Source: Acutalibacteraceae bacterium | Lineage (GTDB): Bacteria > Bacillota > Clostridia > Oscillospirales > Acutalibacteraceae | DNA length: 49,316 nucleotides | Assembly (NCBI GenBank): GCA_045543715.1 | Contig: JAZPXP010000035.1 | Coordinates: 1-49,316, forward strand | Reading direction: 5' to 3' | Shown here: positions 43,990 through 49,316 of the stretch, piece by piece | How the letters are laid out: each line of letters begins with the position of its first letter | Numbering within the stretch: position 1 is the stretch's first letter | Program-made: the position numbers and the translations under genes | The notes under the pieces: model-generated | The model's database searches: none | Seen by the model: the letters and a program-made list of their open reading frames with translations, nothing else | What the model was told of the DNA's origin: nothing

Positions 43990-46900
43990 ATGGCAAAGAG
44001 AACAGACATTAAAAAGGTTTTGATTATAGGCTCAGGTCCTATTGTTATAGGTCAGGCGGCAGAGTTCGATTATGCAGGAACTCAGGCTTGCTTGGCGCTT
44101 AAGGAAGAGGGGTATGAGGTTGTGCTTTGCAACTCAAACCCTGCAACCATTATGACCGATACAACCATTGCGGATAAGGTTTATATGGAGCCTTTAACCC
44201 TTGAATATATTGCTAAGATTTTAAGATATGAGCGTCCTGATGCGATTGTTCCAGGTATCGGCGGACAGACAGGTCTTAACCTTGCTATGCAGCTTGAGAA
44301 AAAGGGTATTCTCAAGGAGTGCGGAGTGGAACTGCTAGGCACTAAGAGCGAGAGTATCGAAAGAGCTGAGGACAGGGAACTTTTCAAAGAGCTTTGTCAG
44401 GAAATCGGCGAGCCGACCATTCCCTCTGAGATTACCTATAGCATTGAGGAGGCAAAAGAGGCAGCTGAGAGAATCGGATATCCCGTAGTTCTTCGCCCTG
44501 CTTTCACCTTGGGCGGAACAGGCGGCGGCTTCGCATACAATGAGGAAGAACTCATTGAAATCGGCATTAACGCTTTTAAATTATCCCCTGTTCATCAGGT
44601 GCTTATTGAAAAGAGTGTTAAGGGATATAAGGAAATCGAGTTCGAGGTTATGAGGGACTCTAATGACCACGCAATAACTATCTGTGGTATGGAAAATATC
44701 GACCCCGTTGGTGTTCATACAGGCGACTCTTTGGTTGTAGCCCCGATTATGACACTTAACGACCATGACCTTAAAATGCTTAATGACAGTGCGATTAAGA
44801 TTATCCGTGAGCTCAAAATTGAGGGCGGCTGTAATGTTCAGTTTGCACTTAATCCTCATACAAGCGAATATTATCTCATTGAGGTTAACCCCCGTGTATC
44901 CCGTTCCTCTGCTTTGGCTTCAAAGGCAAGCGGATACCCGATTGCAAGGGTTACTGCTAAAATTGCAGTTGGTATGGCGCTTGAGGATATTAAAATTGCT
45001 AACACAACTGCCGCTTTCGAGCCTAAGCTCGATTATGTTATAACCAAGCTCCCCCGTTTCCCATTTGATAAATTTACAAGTGCTTCTAACAGCCTTGGAA
45101 CTCAGATGAAGGCAACCGGTGAGGTTATGGGAATAGGCTCAACCTTAGAGGAAAGCTTGCTTAAGGGTACACGCTCGCTTGAAATCGGCGTTAACCACCT
45201 TTATCATCATAAGTTTGATAATATGACCGATGATGAACTCAGAGCATATATCGGCGAGTTCAGAGATGATAACCTCTTTGCAATAGCAGAGCTTATTTAT
45301 AGGGGCGCCACCGTTGAAGAAATTCACGAGATTACCAAAATCACCCCATTCTTCCTTGAGGCAATCAAGAACATTATTGATATGGAAGAAAGCCTCAAAG
45401 GAAATGCTTTTGATTTAGAAACCTTAGAGAATGCCAAGAAAATGGGCTTCTCTGATAAATATGTTGCAAGAATGTGGAACTGCACAGAGCTTGAGGTTTA
45501 TAACTTCCGCAAAGAAAAGGGACTTATGCCTGTATACCGTATGGTTGATACCTGCCATACAAACGCATATATTCCTTACTTCTATTCTTCCTATAACGGT
45601 GAGAATGCGTCAATTCTTACCGATAAAGAGAAGATTATAGTTTTGGGTGCAGGACCTATCCGTATCGGTCAGGGTGTTGAGTTTGACTATTCAACCGTTC
45701 ACGCCGTTACAACCATCAAAAATTCGGGCTATGAGGCTATTATCATAAACAATAACCCCGAAACCGTTTCAACCGATTATACTTGCTCGGATAAGCTTTA
45801 TTTCGAGCCGCTCACAACCGAGGATGTTATGAACATTATCGAGTTTGAAAAGCCGATAGGAGTTATCGCTTCTTTGGGCGGTCAAACTGCGATTAACTTG
45901 GCTGAGCCTCTTATGAAGCGTGGAGTTAAGATTATCGGAACAGACTGTGATGCAATTGAAAGAGCAGAGAACAGAGATAGCTTTGAAAAGGTGCTTAAGA
46001 GCCTTGATATTCCGCAGCCTCAGGGTAAAGCGGTTACCAATATTGAAGCAGGAGTTGCAGCGGCTGCTGAAATCGGTTACCCCGTATTAGTTCGTCCCTC
46101 CTTCGTTTTAGGCGGCAGAGCTATGCAAATCGTTGCCGATGAAACTCAGCTTCGCCATTACCTTAAAACCGCCGTTGAAATTGATGAGGACAAGCCTGTT
46201 TTGGTTGATAAATATATTGCAGGTAAAGAGGTTGAGGTTGATGCCATCTGTGATGGTAAGGATGTTTTCGTTCCGGGTATTATGGAGCTTGTTGAAAGAA
46301 CAGGTATCCATTCGGGAGACTCTATAAGCGTTTACCCAACCTTCAGTATTTCGGGCAAGGTTAAGGGAACAATTTTGCAGTATGCCAAGAAGTTAGGTCT
46401 TGGAATTGGAATTGTTGGTCTTTATAACATTCAGTTTATCGTTGATAAGGATGAGAATGTTTATATAATCGAGGTTAATCCCCGTTCATCGAGAACTGTT
46501 CCTTTCCTCTCTAAAGCTACCGGTTATTCACTTGCCGATATTGCAACCGAGGTAATTTTGGGCAAGACCCTTAAGGAACAGGGAATATTCGATATTTATC
46601 CTGATGAGAAAAAGCGTTATTATGTTAAGGTTCCGGTATTCTCCTTCAACAAAATCAGAGGACTTGATGCTTATCTCTCACCCGAAATGAAGTCAACAGG
46701 TGAAGCCATCGGCTATGACGATAAGCTCAACCGTGCACTTTATAAGGCACTTCAGGCTTCGGGGATGAAGCTTCAGAATTACGGAACTGTTTTTGCAACT
46801 ATCGCAGATGACGATAAGGAAGAGGCACTTCCTCTTATCCGCCGTTTCTATAACCTCGGCTTTAATATCGAGGCAACCGAGGGCACTGCTGAATTCCTCA

Positions 46901-47163
46901 AGAAAAACGGTATCCGCACCCATAGTCTCAAGAAGATAGGGGATGGAAGCGATGAAATTCCTGAGGCACTCCGTCAGGGACATATTGCTTATGTTATAAA
47001 CACAAGGGATATTAACTCTTCGGGTCCTGAAACCGATGGTTATGAAATCCGCAGAAGTGCAACCGAAAATAATGTTAATATCTTCACTTCGCTTGATACC
47101 GTAAGAGTTCTTCTCGATGTTTTAGAGGAAACAACACTTACAATCTCAACTATTGATGCATAA
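43990..47163 (+). CDS. carB: Carbamoyl-phosphate synthase large subunit
   Basis: 1057 aa with duplicated ATP-grasp halves. Both the N-terminal ...IIGSGPIVIGQAAEFDYAGTQA... and the internal ...VLGAGPIRIGQGVEFDY... are present, plus an MGS-like C-terminus. Confidence 0.97.
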   Translation: MAKRTDIKKVLIIGSGPIVIGQAAEFDYAGTQACLALKEEGYEVVLCNSNPATIMTDTTIADKVYMEPLTLEYIAKILRYERPDAIVPGIGGQTGLNLAMQLEKKGILKECGVELLGTKSESIERAEDRELFKELCQEIGEPTIPSEITYSIEEAKEAAERIGYPVVLRPAFTLGGTGGGFAYNEEELIEIGINAFKLSPVHQVLIEKSVKGYKEIEFEVMRDSNDHAITICGMENIDPVGVHTGDSLVVAPIMTLNDHDLKMLNDSAIKIIRELKIEGGCNVQFALNPHTSEYYLIEVNPRVSRSSALASKASGYPIARVTAKIAVGMALEDIKIANTTAAFEPKLDYVITKLPRFPFDKFTSASNSLGTQMKATGEVMGIGSTLEESLLKGTRSLEIGVNHLYHHKFDNMTDDELRAYIGEFRDDNLFAIAELIYRGATVEEIHEITKITPFFLEAIKNIIDMEESLKGNAFDLETLENAKKMGFSDKYVARMWNCTELEVYNFRKEKGLMPVYRMVDTCHTNAYIPYFYSSYNGENASILTDKEKIIVLGAGPIRIGQGVEFDYSTVHAVTTIKNSGYEAIIINNNPETVSTDYTCSDKLYFEPLTTEDVMNIIEFEKPIGVIASLGGQTAINLAEPLMKRGVKIIGTDCDAIERAENRDSFEKVLKSLDIPQPQGKAVTNIEAGVAAAAEIGYPVLVRPSFVLGGRAMQIVADETQLRHYLKTAVEIDEDKPVLVDKYIAGKEVEVDAICDGKDVFVPGIMELVERTGIHSGDSISVYPTFSISGKVKGTILQYAKKLGLGIGIVGLYNIQFIVDKDENVYIIEVNPRSSRTVPFLSKATGYSLADIATEVILGKTLKEQGIFDIYPDEKKRYYVKVPVFSFNKIRGLDAYLSPEMKSTGEAIGYDDKLNRALYKALQASGMKLQNYGTVFATIADDDKEEALPLIRRFYNLGFNIEATEGTAEFLKKNGIRTHSLKKIGDGSDEIPEALRQGHIAYVINTRDINSSGPETDGYEIRRSATENNVNIFTSLDTVRVLLDVLEETTLTISTIDA

Positions 47164-47174
47164 AGGAAAGTAGT

Positions 47175-47906
47175 ATGACACAGGGAATTTACAAAGTAAT
47201 TTCTAATATGCCTTTGGCTCCGTCCGTTTTCAAGATGGAGCTTGAGGGTGATACCTCGGCGTTAACAAAACCGGGGCAGTTTATAAACTTTAAAATTGAG
47301 GGTCTTTATCTCAGACGTCCGATTTCGGTTTGCGATTACAGTGAGAACACCATAACCGTTATATATAAGGTTGTAGGCGAGGGCACCGAGATTATGAGCA
47401 AAGCAGTGAAGGGCGATGAGTTCGATATCCTCGTAGGTCTTGGTAACGGCTTTGATGTTTCTAAAAGCAAAGATAAGCCTTTGCTTATCGGCGGCGGCGT
47501 TGGAGTTCCGCCTCTTTATAAGCTTTGCAAAGAGTTGATTAAAGAGGGTAAAGAGGTTTCGGTTGTTTTAGGCTTTAATAATGAGACCGAGATTTTCTAT
47601 AAGAATGAGTTTGAGGAACTTGGTGCTAAGGTTTACATAACAACAGTTGACGGCTCATACGGCATAAAAGGCTTTGTTACGAATGCTATGGAGCAGATTG
47701 ACTATGATTATTTCTATACCTGCGGACCCGAGCCTATGTTCAGAGCTATTGAAAACGCCGTAAAGGTTAGCGGTCAGTATAGCTTTGAGGAAAGAATGGG
47801 CTGCGGCTTTGGTGCTTGTATGGGTTGCAGCTGCAAAACAAAGTATGGCAACAAGCGAATCTGCAAGGATGGACCCGTGCTTTTAAGGGAGGAGATAATA
47901 TGGTAA
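47175..47906 (+). CDS. pyrK: Dihydroorotate dehydrogenase electron-transfer subunit
   Basis: FAD/NAD-binding fold and a C-terminal 2Fe-2S cysteine cluster [11 protein letters not shown]. Confidence 0.9.
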   Translation: MTQGIYKVISNMPLAPSVFKMELEGDTSALTKPGQFINFKIEGLYLRRPISVCDYSENTITVIYKVVGEGTEIMSKAVKGDEFDILVGLGNGFDVSKSKDKPLLIGGGVGVPPLYKLCKELIKEGKEVSVVLGFNNETEIFYKNEFEELGAKVYITTVDGSYGIKGFVTNAMEQIDYDYFYTCGPEPMFRAIENAVKVSGQYSFEERMGCGFGACMGCSCKTKYGNKRICKDGPVLLREEIIW

Positions 47907-48817
47907 ACACTAAGGTTACTTTGAGCGGAATTGAGCTTTCCAACCCTATTATCCCCGCAAGCGGAACATTTGGCTTTGGCTATGAGTTTGCCGAGCTTTA
48001 TGATATAAATATGCTTGGAACCTTCTCTTTTAAGGGAACAACCAAGGATGCCCGTTTTGGAAATGATACCCCCCGAATTGCCGAAACGGCTTCGGGAATG
48101 CTTAACTCGGTAGGACTTCAGAATCCAGGTGTTGATAAGGTTATTTCCGAGGAGCTTCCAAAACTCAAAAAATGCTTTAATAAAAAGGTTATGGCAAATG
48201 TAAGCGGATTTTCGGTTGAGGATTATGCTTATACTTGCGAAAAATTAGATAGAGAAGACCAAATCGGTTGGTTTGAGGTTAATATCTCTTGCCCTAATGT
48301 TCACGGCGGCGGCTTGGCTTTTGGAACAAGTGCCAAAAATGCCGAAGAGGTAACAAAGGCGGTTAAGAAGGTAACAAATAAACCGGTTTACATAAAGTTG
48401 TCTCCCAATGTTACTGATATAACCGAAATCGCAAAGGCTTGCGAGGCGGCAGGGGCTGACGGATTAAGCCTTATTAACACACTTCTCGGTATGAGAATAG
48501 ACCTTAAAACAAAGAAGCCTATTTTAGCAAACAAGATGGGCGGCTTTTCGGGAGCGGCTATAAAGCCTGTGGCTCTTAGAATGGTTTATCAGGTTTTTGA
48601 TGCGGTTAAAATCCCGATTATCGGTATGGGCGGAATTACAACTGCCGAGGATGTTATCGAAATGATGCTTGCAGGGGCTACTGCCGTTCAGGTGGGAGCG
48701 GCTAACCTTATAGAGCCTTATGCCTGCAAAAATATAATTGAAGATTTACCTCGGGTAATGGCAAAATATAGAATTAACAGTCTTGAGGAAATTATAGGAG
48801 GAGCGCATAATGGGTAA
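47900..48817 (+). CDS. pyrD: Dihydroorotate dehydrogenase B catalytic subunit
   Basis: Motifs ...[13 protein letters not shown]... and ...EVNISCPN.... The start is set at MVNTKV (GGAGGAG RBS, overlapping the pyrK stop). The track ORF start at 47816 lies inside pyrK. Confidence 0.92.
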   Translation: MVNTKVTLSGIELSNPIIPASGTFGFGYEFAELYDINMLGTFSFKGTTKDARFGNDTPRIAETASGMLNSVGLQNPGVDKVISEELPKLKKCFNKKVMANVSGFSVEDYAYTCEKLDREDQIGWFEVNISCPNVHGGGLAFGTSAKNAEEVTKAVKKVTNKPVYIKLSPNVTDITEIAKACEAAGADGLSLINTLLGMRIDLKTKKPILANKMGGFSGAAIKPVALRMVYQVFDAVKIPIIGMGGITTAEDVIEMMLAGATAVQVGAANLIEPYACKNIIEDLPRVMAKYRINSLEEIIGGAHNG

Positions 48818-49316
48818 GGATGTAATTATTGCTTGCGATTTTTCGAGCAAGGAAGAGGTTTTCAAGTTTCTTGATAAGTTCACCGATAAAAAGCCTTTTG
48901 TAAAAATAGGTATGGAGCTTTTCTATGCAGAGGGTCCTGAAATTGTTCGTGAAATTAAGGCGAGAGGCCATAAGATTTTCCTTGATTTAAAGCTTCATGA
49001 TATCCCAAATACAGTTAAAAAATCAATGGCAGTTTTATCCCGCCTTGATGTTGATATGACTAATCTTCACGCCGCAGGAACTATCTCTATGATGGAGGCG
49101 GCTTTAGAGGGATTAACCCGTCCTGACGGCACAAGACCTTTGCTTATTGCTGTTACCCAGCTAACCTCAACCGATCAGGAAAGAATGGAAAACGATTTGC
49201 TCATTAAAGAGCCTATTGATAAGGTTGTTATGCATTATGCTCAGAATGCCGAGAAGGCAGGGCTTGACGGTGTTGTTTGCTCACCGCTTGAGGCCGAGAA
49301 GGTGCATAAAACCTGT
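48810..49316 (+). CDS. pyrF: Orotidine 5'-phosphate decarboxylase (3' end runs off the window)
   Basis: The ATG at 48810 overlaps the pyrD stop. The translation [11 protein letters not shown]... contains FVKIGMELF and [10 protein letters not shown] and stays open to the window end, so it is not in the ORF track. Confidence 0.9.
   Translation, partial: MGKDVIIACDFSSKEEVFKFLDKFTDKKPFVKIGMELFYAEGPEIVREIKARGHKIFLDLKLHDIPNTVKKSMAVLSRLDVDMTNLHAAGTISMMEAALEGLTRPDGTRPLLIAVTQLTSTDQERMENDLLIKEPIDKVVMHYAQNAEKAGLDGVVCSPLEAEKVHKTC

Noticed and set aside
47816-47899. Upstream extension of pyrD, and similar N-terminal extensions of the soj, rarA, tadA, mrp, XRE, mtaB, spoIIIAA/AC/AH, cysK and gpr track ORFs.
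   Set aside because: The extensions overlap the preceding gene or lack an RBS. In each case an internal ATG has a good Shine-Dalgarno sequence and matches the conserved family N-terminus.
1-49316. Search for CRISPR arrays, tRNA/rRNA genes, prophage or defence-island content.
   Set aside because: Intergenic regions are short and are accounted for by promoters, terminators, oriC, parS, the riboswitch and the two repeat copies. I saw no direct-repeat/spacer arrays, no cloverleaf-sized gaps, and no nuclease, methylase or integrase genes.

Overview
This window is the origin-proximal chromosome of a low-GC, endospore-forming Firmicute (Clostridia-like). The core block dnaA-dnaN-yaaA-recF-remB-gyrB-gyrA lies on the minus strand, with a DnaA-box cluster in the dnaA-dnaN spacer. 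Further left are tadA, a CPBP protease, spoVB, rarA, ydbS/ydbT-like genes and an orphan spoVAE-like gene between two perfect parS sites. Beyond those come soj-spo0J, a GT2/DMT/bioY cluster, the complete spoIIIAA-AH operon, asp23, and a TPP-riboswitch-controlled thiT. Right of dnaA are gpr-spoIIP, cysK, mrp, an XRE pair and an S1-domain gene. A 9.4-kb minus-strand block follows (mtaB, U32 peptidase, then murD, two M42 peptidases, ynbB and others), and then pyrC-carB-pyrK-pyrD-pyrF. No rRNA, tRNA, CRISPR, transposase or recombinase was seen, and most of the window is ordinary housekeeping and sporulation content. The one thing I cannot explain with known feature classes is a pair of about 200-bp inverted non-coding elements (27111-27308 and 32983-33180). 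Each is a chain of consecutive hairpins whose stems are conserved while the loops vary, and together they bracket a 5.7-kb gene block next to the dnaA upstream region. All calls come from reading the sequence and ORF track by eye, with no database search run.
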